A stretch of 64,000 nt of DNA from Eledone cirrhosa (Eukaryota). The stretch lies in contig OZ024747.1 in NCBI GenBank assembly GCA_964016885.1, positions 868,001 to 932,000 of the forward strand. Reading direction: 5' to 3'. The notes beneath the pieces were generated by a model. It saw nothing but the letters and a program-made list of their open reading frames with translations, made no database searches and was not told where the DNA came from. The translations under genes and the position numbers were made by a program. This document shows, piece by piece, positions 51,885 to 64,000 of this stretch (position 1 is the first letter of the stretch; every line of letters starts with the position of its first letter).

Positions 51885-53599
51885 ACTTCACCAAACCTCA
51901 TATATTTCATTAGAAATATGGTAACAATAGGATTAAACTTAACCAAATTACTCAATCACAGGTAATATTCCCTCCTTACAACAGGTAGATAAATTGAGGC
52001 AATGTAGAATATAGTGTGTGTATGTGTGTGTGTGTGTGTGTACCCCCTTCCCTGACAATAAAAGGCCTGAAGAAGATTTTAGGGAAATTGTGACCTGTAG
52101 ACCCAGCATTTTCCACATGTGAAAGAGAGGGAGTAATAAAGGCAAGTAAGAAAAGGGGAAGGTGTATACAGTGAGAGAGAGGGAGAAGAGATTGAAGAGT
52201 AGAGAGATGAAAGTGAGGAGTAAAAAGGAAAGAGAAAAGGAGGGGGAGAAGCAGACAGTAAAGCAAGAGAAAGAGGTGAAGTTATGGTGGAGGTGTTGGA
52301 GGACTGTCATACTTTTAGGGTCCAATCTCATAAGAACCAGATTTAAATAAAAAAAATATAGCAATAAGATTATAAAAGAAATATTTCACTAATCCAGCAT
52401 CAACAGTTGGTTAAAGAGGGGAGAAAGGTGATGCTTATACACACACATGTGCGTGTATGTATATATACATACATATATGATGTGTGTGCATGTATACACA
52501 CACACAAGGGAGTTGAATCAAGTAAAATGAGTTAATTCAATTTATATATCACTTGACTATATACACAAAAGTATACATACACACACAGACATATACAATA
52601 TATTCATATATATATTGTTTATCTGGTTCTAATTATACAGCAGCCAAATCTCTGACATATTATACCTTACCATTTTAGAAAAATAACAAAAATAACCATG
52701 TTGTTTAGTGTTGTCATCATCATCATTTAACATCCATATTTCCACACTAGCATGGGTTAGACAAGTTGTCCTGTTGTGAGACAAGTCGTATTAGATGACC
52801 ATGTATTGCTCATACAGAACTTATTTTGGCTTGGGTTCTACAGCTGGATGCCCTTCCTAATGCTAACCACATTTAGTGTGGACTGGGTGCTTTTGTCATG
52901 TCACCATTATGACCACTTTACTGTGTGGACTGGGTGCTTTTTGTCATGCCATAGACACTAAAAGATAGAGTGGTCATGGCTGGAATTATGATCATGAGTT
53001 TACTACATAGGTGTTCTTACCTATGGTCATGAAACTTGGGTAATGATCGTGAAAACAAGGGGCTGAAATAGGGTTCCTCATTTTAGTGAGGAAGAAAGGG
53101 GAGTACCTATGATCCTGTACTTTTTTAAGGCATCTGAGACAGGTGGGTGAAAATTGGGGAGATATGCTCAAACCAGAGACCTGGCTGAAAACACTGAACA
53201 CTGCTCAATGTACTCAAGAGCCAATAGGTGGTATCAAACTAGCTGACAGATTAAGTCTACCAACCAAGAACTCAGAATGTAAAGAAATGGAATAAATACG
53301 ATAAAGCATCTCAAAGTTCTGACAATCAACTATCTTAGACTGGTACTTTATCAACCTCAAATGGATGAAAAGCAATGTTGGATGGGACTTGATCTCAGAC
53401 TTCAGTGTCAGAACAAATATCACATTGTGTCCTATCACCTTGTCTTTCAGGCCTTTTAACCTAGCCCCCTATATTACACCTTTCTCCATGGCAACGAGCA
53501 TCATCCTCGTTATCGTTTAATGCAAAGTTGCCATCCCAGTGACAACTTAATGCCCCTAATATTTCTGCATTTTGGTGCAGATTACCTTAATTTCTGAGA

Positions 53600-53870
53600 T
53601 CATCATCATTTTATGTCCATTGTACCACATGTGTTGGACAGGTCCTTCTCAGTACAGCAGCTCTCCATTCACCGTGTTCCTTTGACATCTCCTCCATGAG
53701 CTTTAGCCATCTGAGATTAGCTTTCACCATTTCCATTGTCTTCCTTGGTCTTCCTCTACTGTGGCCTCCCTCCACTGGGATTACTTGGCACTTCTTCACC
53801 CAGCAATTATCATCCATGCACATCACATGTCCATACCAACTTGATCTCTGTCTGACATGTTGTCTATGTT
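53600..53870 (-). mobile_element. RTE LINE 3' fragment
   Basis: Translates to VRQRSSWYGHVMCMDDNCWVKKCQVIPVEGGHSRGRPRKT; ends in a (GAT)n tail. Confidence 0.85.
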
Positions 53871-54079
53871 TGAGCGGCCTGTCCATTAAACTTCCATAGT
53901 TAGAACTCACAAACCAGACCATACTAAAACATTGAAAAGGTGCAACCTTTGTGGATGAAGCACAAGTTAGCAATCAGTAATGAAATATGGTCATTATCTT
54001 TGACCACTGAACAGTGTTCCAGTCTCTAACACTATCTGTGATATACTTGGCTGAAACACATTGGGATGGTAAGAGGTTC

Positions 54080-55546
54080 TAATACTGACCTCTGGATAGA
54101 ATGGGTGGTATAGAGTGGTGAAAGGAGTATATACTGATCACTAGGTAGTATGGGGTGGTGAGAGGTGTAATACTGACCACTAGGTAGTATGGGGTGGTGA
54201 GAGGTGTAATACTGACCACTAAGTAGTATGGGGTGGTGAGAGGTGTAATACTGACCACTAGGTAATATGGGGTGGTGAAAGGTGTAATACTGACCACTAG
54301 GTAGTATGGGGTGGTGAGAGGTGTAATACTGACCACTAGGTAATATGGGGTGGTGAGAGGTGTAATACTGACCACTAGGTAATATGGGGTGGTGAGAGGT
54401 GTAATACTGACCACTAGGTAGTATGGGGTGGTGAGAGGTGTAATACTGACCACTAGGTAATATGGGGTGGTGAAAGGTGTAATACTGACCACTAGGTAGT
54501 ATGGGGTGGTGAGGGGTGTAATACTGATCACTAGGTAGTATGGGGTGGTGAAAGGTGTAATACTGACCACTAAGTAGTATGGGGTGGTGATAGATGTAAT
54601 ACTGACCACTAAATAGTATGGGGTGGTGATAGATGTAATATTGACCACTAGGTAGTATGGGGTGGTGATAGATGTAATATTGACCACTAGGTAGTATGGG
54701 GTGGTGATAGATGTAATACTGACCACTAAGTAGTATGGGGTGGTGATAGATGTAATACTGACCACTAAGTAGTATGGGGTGGTGATAGATGTAATACTGA
54801 CCACTAAGTAGTATGGGGTGGTGATAGATGTAATACTGACCACTAAGTAGTATGGGGTGGTGATAGATGTAATATTGACCACTAGGTAGTATGGGGTGGT
54901 GATAGATGTAATATTGACCACTAAGTAGTATGGGGTGGTGAGAGGTGTAATATTGACCACTAGGTAGTATGGGGTGGTGATAGATGTAATATTGACCACT
55001 AAGTAGTATGGGGTGGTGATAGATGTAATACTGACCACTAAGTAGTATGGGGTGGTGAGAGGTGTAATATTGACCACTAGGTAGTATGGGGTGGTGATAG
55101 ATGTAATACTGACCACTAAGTAGTATGGGGTGGTGAGAGGTGTAATACTGACCACTAAGTAGTATGGGGTGGTGATAGATGTAATACTGACCACTAAGTA
55201 GTATGGGGTGGTGATAGATGTAATACTGACCACTAAGTAGTATGGGGTGGTGATAGATGTAATACTGACCACTAAGTAGTATGGGGTGGTGATAGATGTA
55301 ATACTGACCACTAAGTAGTATGGGGTGGTGATAGATGTAATACTGACCACTAAGTAGTATGGGGTGGTGATAGATGTAATACTGACCACTAAGTAGTATG
55401 GGGTGGTGATAGATGTAATACTGACCACTAAGTAGTATGGGGTGGTGATAGATGTAATACTGACCACTAAGTAGTATGGGGTGGTGATAGATGTAATACT
55501 GACCACTAGGTAGTATGGGGTGGTGATAGATGTAATACTGACCACT
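54080..55546. repeat. 39-bp minisatellite, about 37 copies
   Basis: Unit gtaatactgaccacta(a/g)gtagtatggggtggtga(tagat/gaggt); explains the 13-aa periodic ORFs. Confidence 0.97.
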
Positions 55547-55554
55547 TGCTTTAC

Positions 55555-55875
55555 TGGAGAGTATGTACAAAGCATAAACTGGCATCGACCTATTACAAAA
55601 GAAAGTTTAAATGGAATCTTTTCCAAGATAACTACAATTGTTCAAAGACAGTTACAATTTGCAGGACATTACTAGAGAAGTAAGCAGGAAGTTCTATACA
55701 AGTTACTACTGTGGGAACCAACTCATGGTAGACACGAGGAAGACTTGCTCAAACCTTCATTAATCAACTCTCAGAGGATACAAACCTCAGTAAGAAGCTG
55801 TTGCCAGGAGCAATGGAATGTTGTGAATTTTAGAGAGACTTTGTCAGGAATGTTTCACTGTGGTCGCAACGATGA
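55555..55875 (+). mobile_element. Decayed RTE/RTEX-type LINE C-terminal fragment
   Basis: Translates to SINWHRPITKESLNGIFSKITTIVQRQLQFAGHY*RSKQEVLYKLLLWEPTHGR / RGRLAQTFINQLSEDT. Confidence 0.75.
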
Positions 55876-55925
55876 TCTGCTTAACAAGTTTCCTTCATAA
55901 AATCATGAAGTTTAATATCACTGCA

Positions 55926-56200
55926 TGACACCTTGGGTAAGTCACTTCTGTCATAGCTTCTAGTTGACACTTTGGGTAAGTCACGCCTGTCATAGCCTCT
56001 AGTTGACACCTTGGGTAAGTCACGCCTGCCATAGCCTCTAGTTGACACCTTGGGTAAGTCACTTCTGTCATAGCCTCTAGTTGACACCTTGGGTAAGTCA
56101 CGCCTGCCATAGCCTCTAGTTGACACCTTGGGTAAGTCACGCCTGTCATAGCCTCTATTTGACACCCTGGGTAAGTCACGCCTGTCATAGCCTCTAGTTG
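55926..56200 (+). repeat. 39-bp tandem repeat (7 copies) within a CORE-like SINE
   Basis: Unit gacaccttgggtaagtcacgcctgtcatagcctctagtt; ccttgggtaagtcac resembles the CORE-SINE ccttgggcaagtcac segment. Confidence 0.85.
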
Positions 56201-56729
56201 ATTCAAGCTCAGTGGAATTGAGCAGACACTGTGTGAAAGTACATTGTATGTACCTGATCTCAAGTGGTAGATAAAACCACTACCTGGTACTCAGATTCCT
56301 TTAGTATAGTCCACACTGTTGCAAACCAGGTCTCTAGCCTGAGGTGAACCAACTCTCAAGTATTACCTTCGTTCTAAGTCAAAAGAGAATGAAAAATAAT
56401 TGCTACACAACATATAGAGAACAAGGAAATGGGATTGTGTGGTGTTCGTGCGAGACAAGTAAAGCATAACAGAAAAGTATGGAGATAAGGTGATGTTATT
56501 TTTCCCTTCCCTAATACATTGGAGACCTTGTATATGATAATTTCTCACATTAGCCGAGGGACATATATAGGAAGAGAAAAGAGGTGAAGTTGATTAAAAT
56601 TACCTTCAGTACATAACTGTGAATTAACAAAGGAGTGCAGTATGGCAACTCAACCTGCTAAAAATAGCAGATGAATCTAACTCAAATCACCTTTATTTAA
56701 AAAGGAGCCTGTGTGTGAAGTGTGATCCT

Positions 56730-57210
56730 TCATGGTAGTGAAATATGGGCTGTGACTGCAGAAGACATGTGATGCTACATAGTAGTGAAATATGGGCTGT
56801 GACTGCAGAAGACATGTGGTGCTACATGGTAGTGAAATATGGGCTGTGACTGCAGAGAAATGAAGCAACCATGCATCATTGGATGTGCAATGTAAATGTG
56901 AGAGAAAGGAACAGTGTGAGGGAGAAACTGGATTTACGAGGAATCCAAAGTGGTGTGCAAGAGAGAAGACTGCATTGGTATGGACAAGTGATGTCATGGA
57001 TAATGATTGCTGGGTGAAGAAGTGCCAGGAAATCATAGTAGAGGAAGCTGCAGTAACGGAAGACCTGGGCAGAGGTGGTGAGAGCTGATCTCAGATCGCT
57101 GAGACTCGTAGAGGAAATGACGAAGGAACACAGCAAATGGAGAGATGCTGTGCTGAAAAGGACCCATCCAACCCATGTAATCATGGAAAAACGGACCTAA
57201 AAACGATGGA
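56730..57210 (+). mobile_element. Decayed RTE LINE 3' fragment with an internal triplication
   Basis: catggtagtgaaatatgggctgtgactgcaga (HGSEIWAVTA) occurs 3 times, then RRLHWYGQVM..DNDCWVKKC and the tail acccatccaacccatg. Confidence 0.8.
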
Positions 57211-57946
57211 CACATTAGACAAGACTGTTTTAATTGATAAATCTGCTAGGTCAAGACTGACTTGAAGCTAAATAATAATTGGAATTTATTATATTGACCT
57301 GGGAGAAGATGAAGAGCAATGATGACCACAACAGAAATTGAACACAGGCTGTAGAAAAGTCTTAAATCTTCCTAAGTTGTATTCAGATCTGAGGTGTTAT
57401 TTTGGGTGTATGTAGTAGCAATACAATCCCAGAGAAAGCACTGCAATGGGGATTTCTTACTCAAATCAAACCCAGTATTTAACTGGTACCTTATTTTATC
57501 GACGATGAAAGATAATTTTGACCTTAAAACATAAAGGGTCCGCAGATATTTTGTTGAAAGCTCTACCAATTTTACCAATCAGTTACCTATGACGTAGATA
57601 GGAAGCCAGGTATTTTAAAGGAAATATTATAACTGATTAGACCGATGTGGTAGAATGATATATAAGTGATCGACTGATGACATTTAGTTTCGGTCTTTTA
57701 CTTTCTCAGTTCAAATCACAACCCAGTTAACCTTGCCTTTCATCCTTCCGGGGTTGATAAAATGAAGTAGCAGTTCAGTACTAGATCAATTTAATCGATT
57801 ATAAATCATCTCTCTCAGGCTTCTTTAAGCAAGAAGTAATGTCTGAGAATCCCGAACAAATCGTGTTGATATTGCTCGTTCTTTAAGGGTGGGTGAAGAT
57901 GTAAACCCCAACTACAATAGTGATCCCATATATATATATATATATA

Positions 57947-58633
57947 TACGAGGGCAATCCCAAAAGTAAGGTCTCCAAAGCGATGGGGATGCAGAGAAAC
58001 TGTTCGTACGGCTGTTGGCAACACTGTTGTGATTGGTGCTTCCTTCACTCCCAAACAGCCGGTCGTACTGAAATTCACGATGAACAAAGGAGCGGCAGAC
58101 CGTCAATTTCCAACAAGAGTCGCAAAGGTTGAGGAAAACATGCGTAAAGATCGGCGTATCACTGTGGATGCTCTCTGCATTTTGGTTCCTGAGGTTTCCC
58201 GAAGCACCATCCACAGGATTTTAACGGAAAAATTGCGACTGTCTCGTCGGAAATTGACGGTTTCCCGCTCCTTTGTTCGTTGTGAATTTCAGTACAACCG
58301 GCTGTAAACTCTCTAAACCACTTGCGAACGTTTTTGACATCCATGCACGACTGTCCATACACTTCCGTCAATTGGCGATGAATTTCAATCGGTTCAACGC
58401 CTTTTGCGTTCAAAAACCGAATAACTGCGCAAACTTCGCACTTGGCGGTAGTGTTCAACGGAGCTCCATTCTCAACGGCTGCCAAGCCAAGATTGAGCAT
58501 CCCAGTGAAGCGCGCGCATGCTTGTTTGGGAGTGAAGGAAGCACCAATCACAAAAGTGTTGCCAACAGCCGTACGAACAGTTTCTCTGCATCCCCATCGC
58601 TTTGGAGACCTTACTTTTGCGATTGCCCTCGTA
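57947..58633. mobile_element. Non-autonomous mariner derivative made of two inverted 5' ends
   Basis: TA-cgagggcaatc...gattgccctcg-TA with about 110-bp inverted ends. The minus strand encodes a mariner N-terminal HTH region (EVCAVIRFLNAKG..EIHRQLTEVYG..VRKWFREF..RSGKP). The plus strand encodes RSGRP..KVEENMRKDRRITV..VSRSTIHRILTEKL. Confidence 0.9.
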
Positions 58634-58880
58634 TATATACAGTGTAGTGTAATTTGGTAAAGTCTTTTATTTTAACTACTTTCAAAACATAAGTTAGAGT
58701 GAACGGAATTAGCATGAGTTACTTAGAGCGAGATTTTAGTAAAGAATCCATGGGACAAGTTGTAGCATATTAATAATCATTCCTCTGTTTTCTTTCTATT
58801 AAGTAATCTACCTAAATGACAGCATATTTAACGTAATATATATATATATATCCGTATGTGGTTGACAGCTGAGAGAAAAG

Positions 58881-58975
58881 AATATTCAATACCGAAGTAG
58901 AGTTTTAATATTCATTTTATTAAAGCTAAATAGTGGGTCTTGTTCCTCTGGAGTTTCGCCTGTTTATCACAGGAT
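58881..58975 (-). mobile_element. Solo truncated copy of the 28.1-kb hammerhead-bearing family
   Basis: aatattcaataccgaagtagagt..tcttgttcctctggagtttcgcctgt aligns with 28102-28184; truncated just before the CUGANGA box. Confidence 0.75.
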
Positions 58976-59964
58976 ATATATGTGTGTGTGTGTGTGTGGG
59001 TGGAGCAATGCCATAGAAATCAATGATATTTGTGAGGCGGCGTTGTCATCGAACCTGACATAAAGCGCCAGAACATCGAAAGGCGATAATCGACCACTGC
59101 AGGATTTGAACTTATAAATACTGCAAAGTATTTTTATCCAACATTCTACTGAGGTTGCTGCCACTAGCAACAACAACCACAATAATACGTCTGATCATAA
59201 TAAAGGTTACTTATAAAAGAAGGCGAATGTAGTGTTGGACACTTCAAGGACTGTAAACGACATTTTGGGAAGTGAAATACGAGAAGCTAATCCTCATTGC
59301 GGAAAGAGAAACAACCTTAAAAGTGGGTTCCTTCCTTATTAATATTACAAGGGAGTAGTGAAAGGACACTTTTTAAGAGTGTATATGACACTAGTGTAAA
59401 TGTATATTCACATGGATCGATATATACGTGTGTGTGTATGCGTATAGTTTTGTGTACAGATATCCATATGTTCACCTCATACTTAAGTGTGAATATGGTT
59501 TACACTTATGGTTATGTTTATATAATATACAATCATATGGACGTGTGTAAATATATATATGATATAATATGTGTGTAAGGTGAGAGAGGGAATGCGACTG
59601 AAGTACTATTTTAGACAGAGAAAGAGAGGACACGTAGTCAGACGAAGAGAAGAAAAGAGAGAGTGACGGGGAGGAGGAGGAAGAGAGAATGGAAACAATT
59701 AAGGAAACAACTGAGAATCAAGAGGATGGATGGAATAAAAATAACAAGACTGAGAGGTAAGAAGAAATATGACAGAGTTAGTGAGAGATGGAGTATTAAA
59801 TATAAAGAAAACAGGTGGAGAATAAAGAGAGAGTAAGGTATAGAGAGATACAGTGAAGGGGAGGAGAGACGAATAAATAGAAAGTATATACGTATATGTG
59901 AGTGTCTGTGTATGTATAAACTGGTGTATGTTTATATATATATATATATGTAAACTGGTGTGTG

Positions 59965-60002
<38 letters not shown>

Positions 60003-60939
60003 CGCGAGGGGAATAAGTTAGAGGGAGAGTGATAGATAGAAAGAGTGAGGTGGTAGGAGGAGATAAAGACGTAATTTTAGAGAGTAATAAAAATTAGGAG
60101 AAAAAAATAAGTGGTTAGAGTTAAAATATAGACAGAGATGGAGTATATAGAGAGAGTGTGAGGAAGAGAGCATATATATATATATATATATATACACATA
60201 GATGTATATATATATTAAAATTTCATAAGGTTTCACACACATATAAATACATATACATACATTTGGCGTTCTCTCTCACTCTCTCTCTATATATATGTAA
60301 GTGTATATATGTATGGGTATATATATTTTTCTGTGAATGTTTGTGTAAATAGATTATATATGTGTATATATTCATATGTGAGTGAGTGTATATAGATAGA
60401 TATAGATATACACCCACAGTACATTGAAATAATGAGATAAACGGCGACAAGACACAACAAGCAAGCCAAACAAACAGCAAGTATAAACGACATTAAAGGC
60501 TCAAGAAAAAGGTTTCGTGATGTATTTTACTTACCCCTGAAAAAGTGTTGGAGCCAAGCTGTAAGGGCGAAAATAAAACGAAGATAACCAGTTTACATAT
60601 ATACATATATACATACATATGTATATATATTGTTATATATACAGAGAGTAATTATTTTCTCTATGCGAAGGAGCCGTCGTTGTATTAATTTCTATGTTGA
60701 TGATGATGATGAGGGTTGTTACAATAATAATAATAATAATTAGTGTTGTTGTTGTTATTAATGAAGCACTGACAGTGCTTCAGGTCTCCTCTTGTTTTTG
60801 CTATATACACATACACACCTTGCAAACCCGGCCTTAACAAGCAACTGTTGTAGTGATGCCCCTTCCTTCGCCGAGACGAAAGGTTTAAGGGAAGAGGGAG
60901 CAAGCATTGTACAAGGTCAGGGGGGAGAACTTATTGTTT

Positions 60940-61800
60940 CTTCCCTCGCACTTCCTCTCTCTCCCTCCCTCCCTCTTTTTCCTTCATGCTCTCCCTTCCT
61001 CCCTATAATTCTTTTTTTATCTTCCCTCTCTATCTCTGCATGTTCCTCTCACTCTATCACTCTCTCCCTCTCTCTTCCTTTCACTCACTCTCGATCCCAC
61101 TGTATTCTCCAGTTGTTCCTACTTCCTTCTCTCATTCCTCTTTAACCTCACTCTTCTTACTCTTTTTCTATTTTCCCCTCCTTATATTTTTCTACTTCTC
61201 TCACTCCCTTCTTTCTTTTCTGTTCCTCTCTCTCTCTTTCTCCCACTCTCTTACTTTAGATCCCATTATCCTCTTCCCTTTATTTTTCTGTTTTGCTTTC
61301 TTCTCTTTCTCTCACTCTCCTTGTTTCTTCTCACTCTCAATCCCACTGTCTTCTCCCGTTTTCCAATATTTTCTCTTTCCCTTCCCTCTTTATCTCTTAC
61401 CTTTTCTCCCACTTTCTCTCTCCCATTCTTCCTTATATTTCTTTATTTCCTCTCTCTTTCCTTCTTCTCCATTGCGATCCCGCTGCCTTCGTCCATTTTA
61501 CCCATTCCTTCTCTCTCTTCCTCTCTCTTTCCCTTCTCTCTCTCCAATCTTCCTCTCTATTATTTTCTTCCTTCTCACATACATTTTCAATCCCACTATC
61601 TTAATCCTCCATTTCCTCCTCCCTCTCTTTCTATTTTGATCCTACTGTTTTCTTCCATCCTCTCTCCCCACTTTATCGATTTTCTCCTAGCGCCCTCCCC
61701 ATCTCTGCTATATGTCCGTTCTCTTTCACCCTCTCACACTTTTCTCACTTTTTAGTCTTCTCTTTCTCTCTCGGCTGGGTTTATTCTCCTTCTCCGTCAT

Positions 61801-61858
<58 letters not shown>

Positions 61859-62286
61859 TGTTTTCTACTAGGTTTCAGTTCCTCCTTATTGGGTTTCTTC
61901 TCTCTCTCTCTCTCCTTCATTGCTCCGTTTATCTGTCTCACTCTTTCTTTCTCCTAGCTGTCTTCTCTCTCTTACCTTACACACACTCTCGCTCTCTCCC
62001 TGTTTGCCCCCGTTGCTGTTTCTCTCTCTCTCTTAATCTTTACTATGTCTTCCTCTCTCTCCTTACTTCATTTGGAGGCTATCTCCCTCTCTCTCTTCGT
62101 GTTGGGTTTGTCCTTTCTCTTATTTCCTCTGTCTCTGTTCCTTCTCGACCTCATTATCTCACACCACTCTCTCATTTTACCTTTTCTCTGTTCCTTCTCG
62201 ACCTCGTTATCTTCCATCACTCTTCCTCCCTCTCTTTCTTTCGGTAGGTTTCACACTCTGTTCCTTCTCGACCTCATTATATCATG

Positions 62287-62382
<96 letters not shown>

Positions 62383-63850
62383 CCTCTTCCACTATCTATC
62401 TATCTCTTTAAATGGTTTCACTTCTGTCGTTCCTCTCTTCCTTCTCGACCTCTTTATCGCCTCTTTCCTCCGCTCCTATATTCTCTGTCAAACTCTCCCT
62501 CTCTCTCAGATACTTCTCTCTATCTTTTTTACACTCCTTATTTACCCTCTTTATTCGCGACATTTTATTTCTCAGTGTCAATCTTTTTCCCTAATAAATT
62601 ATTTCCTTCTCGACCTTACATATTTCTCCTTCATACTTCTCATCTCTTTTATCACTTCCTCTATATATATCCAACCTCATCTACTGTCTTTCTCTTTCCA
62701 TCTCAGTCTTTTCTCCATTCTTCCTTTTTCCTTCTCCAACAGGACTAATCTATCTTTTACTCTTATTTTTTATCCCACTTCGTTTTTTTACACCTCTCTT
62801 TTAATTCACACCTTAATTTATAGTAATCACTACTCCCTCTCTCTCTCATTCTCTCTATCTATATCCTTTACTCTTCCTCATTTTTTCTATACCCTTTACT
62901 TTACAAAATTCACAACCCTCCACATATGTATAAAGAGAGAGAAGGAGAGAGAGAGAGAGAGAACTTAACCTCCCTCCCTTCCTCTCTATTCCATTTACTC
63001 GTTCTCTCTATTCTTTCTATTCGTCTCTCTTCCTCTCTATAACCTTCACTCACTCCCCCTCTCTTTATCTACATAGTTTGTCTTCGTACACACTACTTAG
63101 TCTCTATCTATAACCTTTACACAATCCTTTATTCTCCCTCTCTATCTTACATATTATCCAATAGGTTTGTCACCGATTCGTACCATCCCCCTCTCTCTCT
63201 ACTATTACTATTTCTCTACTTCATTTTCTCAACCTTTCCTCTACATTTTACCCACTCTTTCTTTAATATTTCCTAGTATATATTATCTTCTTTCCTTCTA
63301 AATTCAAATGTATTTTCTTTATCTTTTTATATCATTCTGTTTATGTTTTCGTCTAATTTAGTCTCTCTCTCGTTATTTTAGTTTATCTCTTTTCTCCTTT
63401 ATATTAATTACTGTTGCTCCTCTCTCTCAACTACACCCGTCAATAATGTTTCTCTCCTCTCAAACTACATCACCTCATATTTTCTCTTGCCTTCTCTATC
63501 ACCCATCTTCTTTATTTACATCATTCTCTCTGCCAGCCTTCTACTTTATCCCCCCCCCCCATTTCAGTCTCTATCTTTCCATAACACTTCTCTCTCTCTC
63601 TCTCTCTCTCTTTCTCCTATAACGCTACTTTAGTCTATCTAAAAGAAAATTCCTCTTTCTATTCCGTCTTTTCTAAGTTCGGCCTCCCCTTCACACCCTC
63701 TCTCACATATTCCCTTTCTACACCTCCCTCTCTCAATCCATTCTTCTATGTCTCCTGTTGCAGCCACTTTTCCCTTCTTCACTCCATATATAAATAGTAG
63801 TCTCCTTCCTTTCAACTGCCGTCTTCACTCGCTTCCCTCAATTTCTACTG
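60940..63850. repeat. About 2.9-kb polypyrimidine (CT-rich) low-complexity region including (CT)n at 61803-61855 and 62288-62378
   Basis: Strong C/T strand bias; explains the Ser/Leu/Phe-rich ORFs. Confidence 0.9.
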
Positions 63851-64000
63851 TGTTCGTTTCATATATGAATAATGTGCATGTATATATATGTATAATGTGC
63901 ATGTATTATATGTATAATGTGCATGTATATATATGTATAATGTGCATGTATATATATGTATAATGTGTCTGTATATATAAACGTGTCTGTATATATATGT

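Noticed and set aside
54032-55626. 13-aa-repeat ORFs of about 515 aa
   Set aside because: Two overlapping frames of a 39-bp minisatellite with no unique domain or gene-structure support.
60792-62968. Hydrophobic Ser/Leu/Phe ORFs resembling membrane proteins
   Set aside because: Translation of CT-rich low-complexity DNA.

Overview
AT-rich, repeat-dense animal genomic DNA. The abundant (TA)n/(CA)n tracts and the SINE/RTE repertoire look cephalopod (Octopus-like); that assignment is inference, not a database result. There is one credible protein-coding sequence: a 487-aa C2H2 zinc-finger ORF (2565-4028, minus strand) with four N-terminal fingers and a C-terminal Ikaros/Hunchback-type finger pair. 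About 21 kb is tandem satellite (17-, 23-, 31-, 32-, 33- and 39-bp units plus composite motif+(CA)n or (GGT)n arrays), which explains nearly all the long ORFs. The rest holds decayed RTE LINEs, SINEs, a decayed Penelope-like element (RT + GIY-YIG), a mariner derivative with two left ends and a TTAA-flanked MITE. The most notable signal is a set of at least six short palindromic elements with unrelated arm sequences (about 8.3, 25.8, 28.1, 31.5, 38.1, 42.5 kb). Their arms carry back-to-back type I hammerhead ribozyme motifs (CUGANGA-stem-GAAA-short stem III-NUH), essentially complete at 28.1 and 42.5 kb and weak or partial elsewhere. Most share a one-sided tail motif and sit next to (TA)n. They most likely represent minimal Penelope-derived, ribozyme-bearing insertions. 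Coordinates of degenerate repeats are approximate.
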